The notes under the pieces: generated by a model
Seen by the model: the letters and a program-made list of their open reading frames with translations, nothing else
Told to the model about the DNA's origin: nothing
The model's database searches: none
Program-made: the position numbers and the translations under genes
Assembly: GCA_000002445.1 (NCBI GenBank)
Contig: CM000207.1
Span: forward strand, 1,056,001-1,120,000
Reading direction: 5' to 3'
DNA: 64,000 bases
Origin: Trypanosoma brucei
Taxonomy: Eukaryota
In this document: in pieces, positions 12,806 to 23,288 of the stretch
Layout: every line of letters begins with the position of its first letter
How positions within the stretch are numbered: position 1 is the first letter of the stretch

Positions 12806-14372
12806 CCTCTTTAATGCCTATTCCGGAGCATCTCATACAGTGGCCCAACGCGGAGGGTAGTGCAAAAAAAAAAACGTAAAGTTGGTGGAGAAACCCGCCC
12901 GCCCTCCGTCCAACCTCCTTTCAAACAGTGCTAAAGGCGGCACGATACTTAAGCAAACCACTTTCCTAACGGAAATAACTCAAAAGAAAATGGGCAAATG
13001 GCACAGCACCAGGCCCCCTCCACTGTTAGTAAGCGCAGCGAACTTCCTTCCCACTTTGAGGGAGCGTCGCAAGAGATAATATCCAACCCCGACTTGGCAT
13101 CTTCGAAAGCGGCCTGGCGATAAGGAGAGGAAATGAAGATGTGTCTTCAGAAGGGACTGAATATTGCAGCCGTTATAGGAATCCGCATTTACTCCGGCAG
13201 ATTGATCATGAACAAAACAGGGTGTGTGGTGCTCGGGGGACGTTTTGATCTCACAGTTGCGCCGGCAGTCGCTGGCAACCGCTTCAAAATGAGCTTTTCT
13301 TCCCTTCGCTCAAATATTGATGATCTTTTGTTTGTTTTACCTCCTCTCACAAATGAAGAACACGGTGGTGAACGCAAACTGGCGTTGCCACTCTCCATTA
13401 CTCCAAGCATGCATCGCACAAATACACGCGCACAGCTTGTGTATATACGATATCGCGTGATCATGCAGGGCTTTTCAAATATCAGCGACACACCATTGAT
13501 ATTCATGCCTTCTTAACTCTTTTTCACCCAATCTATCATTCCACATCATTTCTCCCACTAGAACACAATGGTATGGAGTAATAATGTGAGGTGAAGCACA
13601 TACATATGATGTGAGAAGGAGAGGTGTGACACTGTAGTGTTTCATCCGAAGGAAGAGTTAACAAATAACATATACAGTAGCCACACCTCCCATATTGTGC
13701 ACATAATGCCTCATGGTATATTATTAGTATGTACAGGGGAAAACTATGTCGATATATTATAACAAACCTTCACAGCCACAAAATATACGGTTTGCATTAT
13801 TCTCACATTTCTAGAAAAGCGGCAAACACAAAGGAGCTTATTATCATATTCCTATAAATTCCCCATACGTGTGCAAGCTGTCCCCTCAGCATATAATATA
13901 TTGTGATATGGTGAACATAACCCCCCACCAGTGCGACAAATATGGGATCTATGTAAATATAAATAAATATACACTTGCCTCTTGGACATATTGGATGTCA
14001 TATACAACAGCATTTGAGTTGTATTCTCTGTTAGGCCAACTTATGTATATATAATAGAGTGAGGCCTTTCCAGACTGTGATGAAATGAGTTGGTGTGTAT
14101 TAATGACAACTCTCCCAAGGCATACGGAAGAGATACTATTTCCCCTGAGGGCTGCCGAATCTTTCCTCTGGAACTTTGCCCTGGGGGCTCCGATGCATTT
14201 TGACGCCCTAAGGGATCCAGCAGCGCATTTTCGTTCTGAACCGGCAATGTCCACACTTCAGCGATGCTGGTGGGCTGCGTCCATACTTCGTCCTATGCAG
14301 CCTCCTTTCGTGAGATGGCCTCGCATTTCGACTCGGCTCCGTTTTGCAAGATTCCCGCCTCCCCGCAAACCT

Positions 14373-14891
14373 CCAGTACACGATGAAAGTTGAGGCATTT
14401 CTTTTTCCCATTGAACATTCAACTTCCGCGCGTGGCACTGCACCGCCAAGACTTCAGTCGCTTACTAGATGCAAGTCCATTCGTGTCATTCCAATATGCC
14501 GGTAACCATGGAGAAATGGTCATTCCACTTTCCAAAACCCTCACGTACGTGCGTTTTACTTCTGATGGAGGAGAAAATAAAAGAGTTACTGCGTCCTCAA
14601 CAATCATATTTACGAAGTAACAATGCCTCGCTATCCGATGAACGACCACCCGCATTCCGTTAGTCTCTTTAGGAAATGGCATTTGGGTTCTTATTGATAA
14701 GCAACAACAAAACACATTTGCATGCATTTATATTCGAAAGGATGCGTGCGCGAGGTTACTTTACCCGACTTATGTTATTTGTCGATGCCGTTTCGATATA
14801 ACAAAAAAAAAGGAGGTTGGCTCTTTTTCTGAGTTCTAGGCAAGGTGCTCGACGCTGACACATTGGTGAGGCAAGTGCCGAACTGTGGAAA
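14373..14891 (-). repeat. Copy A of a ~520-bp dispersed repeat, in inverted orientation relative to copy B
   Basis: The reverse complement of 14373..14891 aligns base for base with 46424..46951. Checked at both ends: '…gtggaaa' ↔ 'tttccac…' and 'ccagtacacgatgaaagttgaggcattt' ↔ 'aaatgcctcaactttcatcgtgtactgg'. Only a few substitutions (e.g. agtcttgg/agttttgg) and a poly-A length difference. The flanks diverge immediately. Confidence 0.85.
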
Positions 14892-15730
14892 GACTATGGT
14901 TTGATCAGCGAATTGCTGCGGGGGATGCGGCGGTGGTTGGCACGGGCTCGTGTTGCTGTCGCCTGAAACGTTCTCTGCGATGTCACCGCCGGTATGAGTT
15001 TGTTGTGGTCGGGATGCTCGGATGCCGATTCTTTGTGGGCTTTGAGAAAGAACGTTTTGATTCCCCACCGCTGGTAACCAGGGATGGGTGTCACGTCTAG
15101 TATCTGATTGTGGTAGGAAGTGGAACAATAGAAATGTAGGTTAGTGGTTTCCCAATCGGGCTGGTAACAGGCTCAAATTGTTTAAAAAAATCAGTTTGTG
15201 AGGTAGACTACCGGTGTGAATAGGGGAGTTCTTCCGCATTTGACTTCTTTGACTGCTTGCTGATCTTACGTTCTACGTACCTTTTCCAAGAAACTGAAAG
15301 AGGGATCGGTGCCCTTACTATGCAGAAGAGGTATTGTTGGGCATCTGCTATTCGCCTTAGTGTTTGTGATTTTATCATTTAAGAAATTGGTGCATTGCTC
15401 AGTAGCGCCTGAAGTGTGTGTGGGGATTAGTTGATACTGTAACGAAGAAAATCGTTTTTGTTATTTCGTGAGCATTACAGCTTTTTATTTTTAAAGGTAG
15501 AAGTTCTTTTCAACCTCTTTGGAGTGCCGGATACAGTATGAATGACTACTAATTGAGGGTTGATTCCTGCGTTGCCTTCCTAACAAAATGCTTTCCAGCA
15601 CTTCATCTACTGTTTCATTTGTTAGTAACTCTTTTTTGGTTTTTGTGACCCTGATTATTCATGAGGGAGATGAGGGGTAGTGAATTACGTGGTTGTGTTG
15701 CTGTGTTTAGGCAAATGTACGTGACTCGAG

Positions 15731-15768
15731 TGTATGTATGTATGTATGCATGCATGTATGTATGTATG

Positions 15769-15802
<34 letters not shown>

Positions 15803-15803
15803 G
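15731..15803. repeat. Compound microsatellite (TGTA/TGCA)n-(TA)n-(GT)n
   Basis: Direct reading: 'tgtatgtatgtatgtatgcatgcatgtatgtatgtatgtatatatatatatatatatgtgtgtgtgtgtgtgg'. Confidence 0.9.
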
Positions 15804-16511
15804 TGTTCTCTTAAGAATGTGTACCTACACCACACGCGTTGTACATAGAGTTAGATGTGGAATTACATTGTATTGGTGCGATCATATCACTCAGCACCGT
15901 TGTTTTTGTTCGTATTTCATTTGTCTGATTGCTTTATTACATATTTCCCTATTGATGTGTTATCAAGGGGCATACAAGGTTATGTCTGTGTCGCTTTGGC
16001 GGACATTTTACCGCGAAGCGGAGCATAGTTGAAGTGAATGTGGCGCGCTAATAACCTGAGATATGTTACTATTGTTGGTACGGTGCGTGGTAGATTGTTG
16101 CGTCACATTCCCACCGTTGTTTGGATGGAATGCCCATGCACGTGATATTTGCGGCTCCTTTCCTCCTTTTTTAACATAATGATTTTTATGGCAGCGGAGG
16201 GTCCTTGCAGCATTGCCATTTGACGTGTTGCACGCAGACCCTTCAGAGTAAAGGACCGTTTGTTAATTGACGACGGGCTATGCGAGGTGCAGTGCTACTT
16301 TCTCTACAAGGACAAAGGACGTGTGTGCGTGTGATATTTAGTTCTTTCATTTTAATTGCATTTCCCCTTGACTAACGTTATTTGATGGCACGCCCCCTGC
16401 AAAGCACGATATACAACAAAAAATTTTCTTATCTGCAGCAGTGAAAAGTTTTTATTTTTTCTGATCCATTTGACTTTTAGTATAAAGGGCAAGGTAAAGT
16501 TTGGTTACCCG

Positions 16512-16512
<1 letters not shown>

Positions 16513-16540
<28 letters not shown>
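16513..16540. repeat. (TG)14 microsatellite
   Basis: Direct reading 'tgtgtgtgtgtgtgtgtgtgtgtgtgtg' followed by 'cgtc'. Confidence 0.9.
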
Positions 16541-16543
<3 letters not shown>

Positions 16544-18968
16544 CATTGGTTTGTTGAACTCAAGGGATTTTCAAAGTTTTGTTTAGAGATCTTTTTTTAG
16601 TTACTACGAAGATATTTAATTTTCCCAGTCCTTTACGGCTCATTTATAGATAAGATGCTTTGTGTAACTTCAGCTATATTTCTTTTGGACAGAATAAAAA
16701 ATAGCTGCGTACATTCCACTCTTTCCCACAATATAAGGCACGTCACTTTTTATATTCGCACGATATGCCGTCTCTGTTTCCCAACACATGTGCTTAGTTT
16801 CACCGACTCAGCTGAACGCTACGGTTTGGTTTGGTTGTGCGTCCTACTTGGTTGTCATCTCTTCCTGTTTTCGTTTATAACTAAGGAATACACAGAAGGA
16901 TGGACTAGAACTCAAAACGCTTTGTGCCGTCCGTCAAATAGATAGATGCCTCTCGCAACGCCCTAAGTTCTTGATGCCTTGTGAAAGGCCAATGAAGGTA
17001 TTAACACAGAAACTTCAATGCAGGAACCAAGGGAAGAATGGAGATAAGTTGGTACTGGAGAGATGTTTTTCGTGTTGTCTTTTTGTTACCTTCGTCTGAT
17101 GCGTTCACAGTGGTTTGGGTATTATTAATGGCGTACCCTGTAGCTTCTGGTATTTTTGGCTGCGTCAGTCGGCCAAAGTTTCAAGTTTTTTTTAAAATAT
17201 TTGGATACCAAACGGACAACGTAAGGTGGCTGGAGCATAAACAAAAACACTCTATTATTCACAACGCTCTTTCTTTCGGTTTTCGAACCAACTGGAGGAT
17301 AACGAATGCTGTACCGGTGACGCAGTGTCGCGGGCAATGCAATGGACCTAAAAAGCACTGAGTACCAAGGTTACTAGCTGACCACTTGTTAGGGGTGTGG
17401 GTTCGTCTCCCATGTGGCGCTTTCCTCTCCCGGGGAATGGCAGCACGTTAAAGGACTACAAGTGCTGACCATTGAAAGTAAATGACACGAAGGCGAAATC
17501 AAACAGGATGCGGTAGCATCATCTCCATGTCCACGCACCATGAAATTTGGAGAAGCGATGTAAAGTTGTATCATTCTTTTATTGGCTCCAGCGCACGTGT
17601 CTTACATGTTGGATGCTTTGGTGTATGTTTCCCATGAGGTGACACATTCGTCGACCTCACGGGACCTTTCGTGTTGTTTATACCACCAATCACCACAATA
17701 GGAAGAAAAAGCAATCATCTTCATGTGAACCAATGGCCGTGCGACTAAGTAAAAGCTTAGCCGTGTATGGAAGATGCCACCTTCATTTCTTGTCGTGTAG
17801 TGACAACATCAATGATTACTATATGTGTTCTGTTTCATCTTCCACCGCAATGATCGCTTTTACGATTCCCGCTTATGCGGGTGGATTGCATGTATGTTTT
17901 GATGAGGTGATGTTTGATCCTATTCGTTTGAATCACTTATGATCGCAGGTTCAAGATGTTCGATACATTTGCCAATGGGAGATGACACAGCACCCTCTTC
18001 TATTGATCATTATGGTCCATAATTGGCGTGTATTCCCTTTCTTTTTCCCTTTCTTTTTTTTTTTGCAAAAAAAAAAAGGAAGCTCATGTGAACTATGCAA
18101 CACCCACTGTCTCGTGGAGGGGCTCTAAATTCTATGTTCTTAGTAACAATCAATTCTTTGCCTTCCCCCAAGGTGTCGGTGAAAGGTTGACACCAGCTAT
18201 CGTCTTTAGTGTGTTGTCCGCCACGGGAAATGCTGCAAGTGGAAGGTGTTATGCCGTTTAGCTTGGACGACACCATTGGGTGATTTTCAGGTATGAAACT
18301 TACGACTCATTAGTCGTTACATGGAGTGTAAAACGGATGAATGTACCTGCCGTTTTGCCCCACACGGACCGTTGCAAAAGGCACAAGACACATGTTCGGC
18401 ACTCCAGCAGTTTGAAATGGGGGTGACACTTCGGAAGACATGCCGTCCTCAGAGTTTTTTTTTGTAGGAACGAATGGAGAGGCTTTTGAGTGTTGGGAAA
18501 ACACGGGATAGTCTTCGAAGGAGGAGTTACTGAAAGTCAGTAGGTGGTGGTGTGCCCTCTTGCTCTCAGCGCACTTTACCGATTCCAGTGTTAAGCAACA
18601 TTATGGCAAGCCCTGATTATTGGAGCAATTCTGGGGAGGCTCGACCTGCGGGTGTCTCCTCGGAAGTTGCTATGCCAGTTATCACTTCCTCTGTAGAATA
18701 TAATGTTTATGGTTATTGTTGGTCTATGGAACTATGTCTGTTGTTTGTGTGGAGTATATGCTGGTCGCAACTTTTTTTTGCTTTTGTGTGTGCGTGTGCG
18801 GATCACTGCTGTTGAATGTGCTCACCTTCATTTTCCCTACAGCAAACTGCTGATCCGACATCTGATTTTGTCTTTTCCCCCATCGAAAACATTTACATAT
18901 CTGTCGGCATTTCTTTATAAATTAAATATTCGGCATAGTTTGCGCGTTTCGTATCCATTTGGTGAGTG

Positions 18969-19415
18969 ATGTCTCGAGTGTACGTTGGTAACATTGAAAA
19001 ACGTGCAACAAAAAAGGAACTACTTGAGTTCCTGAAACCAATGGAGGAACATATCGAGGACTCGTGGTTAGCTCGGCGACCTCCGGGGTTCGCCTTCATC
19101 ACAATTGCTCCGTCTCGTGCGTGTGAATTCGTGGAGACTTTCAACGGAAAGGAGTTTCGTGGAAAGGCTCTTTTGGTTGAGCTGTCCACAATGTCGTCAC
19201 AGCGGAAGGACGGAGAGAACCGCCGCCGCCGAAGCAGTGATAGCAGACGTGATAGCAGTCGACGCAGGAGGAGGTCTGGAAGCCGCTCAAGGCACAGTGA
19301 TAGACGGCGCGACCGGAGTCGCAGCCGCAGTCACCGGCGGGACCATTCAAGAGACAGAAAGCGCCGTTGCCGCTCACGCAGCCGTAGTAGCTCTCAGGGG
19401 CCTTGTTCCCCGTGA
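18969..19415 (+). CDS. Small RNA-binding protein with an N-terminal RRM and a C-terminal Arg/Ser-rich (RS) domain, SR-protein-like
   Basis: ATG at 18969; the track's start at 18966 is a GTG. 'VYVGNI…GFAFITIA…FNGKEFRGKALLVEL' has the RNP-2/RNP-1 pattern of an RRM. The C-terminal ~60 aa are RS/RD/RR dipeptide repeats. Confidence 0.6.
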   Translation: MSRVYVGNIEKRATKKELLEFLKPMEEHIEDSWLARRPPGFAFITIAPSRACEFVETFNGKEFRGKALLVELSTMSSQRKDGENRRRRSSDSRRDSSRRRRRSGSRSRHSDRRRDRSRSRSHRRDHSRDRKRRCRSRSRSSSQGPCSP

Positions 19416-19758
19416 AATGTTGTACTTTCGGAAAAGCAATCCCAAAAGAAGTAACGATACGTGGCGAGATCCCCCCATTTTTTTTCGTTGAAGAGTACTA
19501 ACCGTATCAGTAAAGTCATGAATGAAAGGTGCGTTGAAAATCCCTATTCTTCTTTGAGACATTCTGAGTTACCCTACTCCACCTCTGGTTTAATCATCAA
19601 ACGTTGGCGGCTTATCGGTGGTTTTGTGTACGGGATTTCCCAAACTTGGTTTTCTTTCTGCAGGGGAGTTCGTTCCCCTCATTGATATCCTATTTACAAT
19701 TATATAACTTTGTCTTTCCCTACAGTGTTGTCTACTCTCAGAACAACTCTTGTTAAGA

Positions 19759-21714
19759 ATGGAAGGAAAAAATGAGAGAGACCAATACCAGGATTTGGCA
19801 CTCCACTTGAGTTTCTCATCTGGTACAGAGTTGAGCGATTCATATGTAATGTCCTATAGGGGCAGCGATGGGTGTTTTGGCGATGCTGTGTTCAATGGTG
19901 CCGCACCCGCTCGGAACGTCCTCTTTGGGAACATTCCATGCAAACAAAGAGTGGAAAAGTTTAGTATTCAGGATAGCAGCTTAGCGAATCGGTGTAACAT
20001 GCAGGTAAACTTAAAGCGTGACACACCCGTTCTTCAAGACCCTTCGGACACATTTGCAAGGATGAATCAAGTGATGCACCAAACTTTGAAGTATGTAAAG
20101 GAGGTGGAAAGTATTGATTTTAGTAGCAGTAACATAATAGATTTCAACGGTGAAATCATGGAGGACCCAAGGAGAGTGTTTCTTTCGGTATGCACCAGTG
20201 TGTTTGCTAACTTCTCGTTCTGCTCTCAGTTAGATGTAGAAAAACTTCTGAGTTTTCTATCAGATATTTTCGAGAACTATTCTGAAGACAATGCTTATCA
20301 CAACGCGGTCCACGCGGCTGACTCGGTTCAAATGTTGTACCTCATATTGAGGGAGAAACCTGCAATCCTGTTATTTACCAACGAGGAGATTCTTGTTTGC
20401 TTTTTGGCTACGCTTTGTTTGTCATTCATACACCCAGGTGTAACAGACGCGTTTCTGGCACGCATTGACCACCCGCTAACCCTTGTTTACGGTGACGTTA
20501 CAACCCAGAGGTCAGCAAGCCTTACGGCCTTCCTCTACTTCCTTAATAGAGAGGAGAACCGTTTCATAGATCTGTCCTCCAGCGCTGGCACTCGTCCCAT
20601 TTCCCAATATTTGAGGGAGTTGTTGGTTGAAACGGTTCTGGCAACTGCTCCTCGATCCCGTAGGACGCTGCTGAGTGATCTTCAGGATGTGGCGGCGTCT
20701 AATGTGGTATCGGTGGATGACCTTAGGTTCCTGCTCTCAGCGATTGTGACTCTATCGGATAGTGCGCTAGCATTGCGCCCGCGGGCACAATTTATCAGCT
20801 GGTCGCGGCTACTTTGTGCTGAGTGGCTGAGCGAGGCAACTCAAGAAGAGAGGAGAAGGATGGACCCACTCGTGCCGAACCTCCAAAAGCGAGTCGGTGA
20901 AGGTGGACTCACGATGGTATCGGATTACTGCCGGGTGTGGCTACGACCTGTGGCTGCTGCGACCCGTGCACTGGTTCCGCAGGACCTTTACGACAATTTG
21001 GAGCGAAACAGTGATGTCCCCACTTTTGGTGAAGTTGCAGCCTTCTCTGTGCCGGATGTTTCGGCTGATAAGCCATGGAGTGATGGAAGTTTATCTGTTT
21101 TTGAGATTCTTCGCAAGGTGACTATGCATGCAAAGTCTTTGGACCGAAAGGCCTCAAAGCGTGCCATTCTCAACGCAACATGTGGGCGTCTGGTATCGGC
21201 CCCCGCGTCGCAATTGTCATCACCGTTCCATGCACCTTCTGAACCGTCGATTTCGTGCTCTCCGGTGGAGAAATTGGTTTCTCATCCAAGCCGGTGCGAG
21301 CATTACTTCTCGTTTTTGCGGCTTTACGACACTTACGACAGAGAGGGCCGTCCCGCAACCGAGTTTGCAGAGCAGCTAGTTTTTTTAGCGATGCAGCTGA
21401 ATCCTGATTATGTTGGGCGTTACGCTCGCGAGGGCATAGATGCGTCTTCTAAGGAGGACTGCAGCAAGATTGCGTCCCTTATTATCCAAAGTGAAGAGGC
21501 ACCATCCACCGCGGAGGTGATAGCATCCCCATTGCGCGGGGCTGAGCAGACCGATGGCTTCATTTTGCGTTTGATGGAGATGTACACCGAACGCGACAGA
21601 AACAGAAATAATTGCTCCGTCCAGAATAGCCACACAAACCTTCAGTCGACTTCGAGGTGCCTCTTGCCTTGCTCCAACCCCGTATACGGGGGTATGGACC
21701 GTGGAAGAAAGTAG
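19759..21714 (+). CDS. Class-I cyclic-nucleotide phosphodiesterase-fold protein with degenerate metal-binding residues (probable pseudo-PDE), 651 aa
   Basis: The first ATG is at 19759; the track's start is a TTG. 'AYHNAVHAADSVQ' (nt ~20291-20330) matches the PDEase signature YHNxxHAADVxQ. The downstream region aligns to PDE4-like 'AIHDVDHPGVSNQFL…LALMYND…VLATDMS' but reads 'LSFIHPGVTDAFL…LTLVYGD…VLATAPR'. The HD and the later Asp ligands are therefore replaced. Confidence 0.6.
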   Translation: MEGKNERDQYQDLALHLSFSSGTELSDSYVMSYRGSDGCFGDAVFNGAAPARNVLFGNIPCKQRVEKFSIQDSSLANRCNMQVNLKRDTPVLQDPSDTFARMNQVMHQTLKYVKEVESIDFSSSNIIDFNGEIMEDPRRVFLSVCTSVFANFSFCSQLDVEKLLSFLSDIFENYSEDNAYHNAVHAADSVQMLYLILREKPAILLFTNEEILVCFLATLCLSFIHPGVTDAFLARIDHPLTLVYGDVTTQRSASLTAFLYFLNREENRFIDLSSSAGTRPISQYLRELLVETVLATAPRSRRTLLSDLQDVAASNVVSVDDLRFLLSAIVTLSDSALALRPRAQFISWSRLLCAEWLSEATQEERRRMDPLVPNLQKRVGEGGLTMVSDYCRVWLRPVAAATRALVPQDLYDNLERNSDVPTFGEVAAFSVPDVSADKPWSDGSLSVFEILRKVTMHAKSLDRKASKRAILNATCGRLVSAPASQLSSPFHAPSEPSISCSPVEKLVSHPSRCEHYFSFLRLYDTYDREGRPATEFAEQLVFLAMQLNPDYVGRYAREGIDASSKEDCSKIASLIIQSEEAPSTAEVIASPLRGAEQTDGFILRLMEMYTERDRNRNNCSVQNSHTNLQSTSRCLLPCSNPVYGGMDRGRK

Positions 21715-22078
21715 CGGAGCGATTGCTTCCCCGTGTATGATATTTATGGAAGTGCTATGTATACGATCGTAATTGTTGCGCGTGTAGGGAACTCTTCCCC
21801 CCTTTGCATTTTATATCTTTCAAACTTATTTGGTGAATCATCGTGCCAAGGTAACGGTGGTGATGAGACCACAGAATTTTCTCCTTTTATTCCTTTTCCC
21901 GATTTTTTCAACTGTTGGCCTTGTCGATTTCTGCGGTCACTTCCTTCCTGTTACCGTGTCTGGCAATGCGATCAGTGACTTCGACTGCTGGCTGTGTCTT
22001 TGCCCTTGGTTTAATTTGCATTTTCCTTCTTTCTCCTCCACTACCTTAATTACAACGGTATGGTATTTGCAGGGACTC

Positions 22079-22282
22079 ATGGGCCCACGCATGGCCGGTT
22101 TTCTGTTAGGTTCGGTTGCTGCTGCATCGGTGGCGGCTTTCCTCGTGCAGTACGACGTACTTCGTAGAAAGGACATAACAGAGAGGGAGATTGATGATAT
22201 GGAAACCCAAGCTGCGCTGGTTAAGGATCGTTTTTACCGGGTGCAGAGCAGGTTATTGGAATGTCAGGGAGGTGATGAATAA
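22079..22282 (+). CDS. Possible small single-TM protein, 67 aa. Low confidence; the upstream part of the track ORF is probably UTR.
   Basis: ATG verified at 22079. 'MGPRMAGFLLGSVAAASVAAFLVQY' is a hydrophobic helix followed by a charged tail. It is short and has no similarity I can recognise. Confidence 0.2.
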   Translation: MGPRMAGFLLGSVAAASVAAFLVQYDVLRRKDITEREIDDMETQAALVKDRFYRVQSRLLECQGGDE

Positions 22283-23288
22283 TGTTCTCTCCATTTTTGA
22301 TGGGTGTCATAAACGGTTTAACGAAGGAAAGAGTTTATTTTTATGGAGAGTGTGAAATGAGGAGGTGGTAGAAGAGGGAAAGATAATGCTGGAAACGGAA
22401 GTTTTAGCATCTTCTCTTGCCCTTCCTCTCGTTATTTTAGTGGGACCCCCTTTTCTCACATGCCGACGGTGAATAGTGCTGTAAGAGGACTTCCGGGACC
22501 TCTTCCCTTTCGGGATGAGTACGTCACTGCGTATCGTTAGATGTTTCACCGACGTATAATCCCCCCTTCCTTGATGTCCACTGCAAAAAGCATTGAGGAG
22601 AGAAAAAAATGTGGCGACCGAAACACGGTTCCATTTTTTAAAGATGCCAGATTTCAACACAAATGATTCGGGCGCCACTGCCTGTTCAGCCATTCCCAAA
22701 GGGGTCCGAAAGTTTTTCTTTGTTGTTTTTACCGTGAGTGTTGCACACTATGAGGTGTTTAAGGTATTGCAGTGTTGCTTTAGTGGAATCAGAGGTTGCT
22801 GGTGAGCCGGTGTTGGTGTTGAACTGCCACGGAGAGTCTTTTCCTATAGTGCTTGTGGATTAGTTCGTGCGGGAAGAAGGGGACGTACGTACAGGGTGTG
22901 AAGCAAAATTGGTCACGTAGGTTGGCGTGTTACCTTGTTACACTCTGAATGCTAAAACGGTGCTTCCGCCCCCACACCGGGCTCCAAAGACAAAAGTGTG
23001 TTGCCGTTTATAAAGGTTGAAGTGATGTACTACTATACGAGGGGGGTGCCTAGCTTTGTTGGAGTGGAGTGTGTGGTGATAACGAACCCACTGTTGTAGC
23101 ATTTTATGGGGGTGCCAGAAGGTGCCATTTTTTTAAAGTGACGTTGTGCATTGCACTGAACGTGGAGCGAGTTACATCCTTTCCATACGATACACTTTCC
23201 GCTTTTATTCTCCACGCTTCTTTTTTTTTTTTGTCCATACGCGTTTTTTTTAATTATTTGTGTAGGAATCAGGGAAAGTGGCTTCCCC

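Noticed and set aside
14419-14727. A 102-aa ORF conserved between the two inverted-repeat copies, considered as a possible real small protein or transposase fragment
   Set aside because: It has no catalytic or structural motif I recognise (no DDE, RT YxDD or zinc-finger pattern). ORFs of similar length occur in the other frames of the same repeat (14390..14620, 14469..14663). Conservation is explained by the ~98% DNA identity of the repeat itself. It is kept only as part of the repeat annotation.
17378-17426. A tRNA-like B-box 'GGTTCGTCTCC', preceded ~25 nt upstream by a weak A-box-like 'TAGCTGACCAC', followed by 'catgtggcgc'
   Set aside because: I could not fold a cloverleaf. No complementary 7-nt acceptor 5' strand ('gcgccac') lies ~70 nt upstream on either strand, and the A-B box spacing is too short for a tRNA. 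It might be a SINE or tRNA-derived fragment. tRNAscan-SE would settle it.
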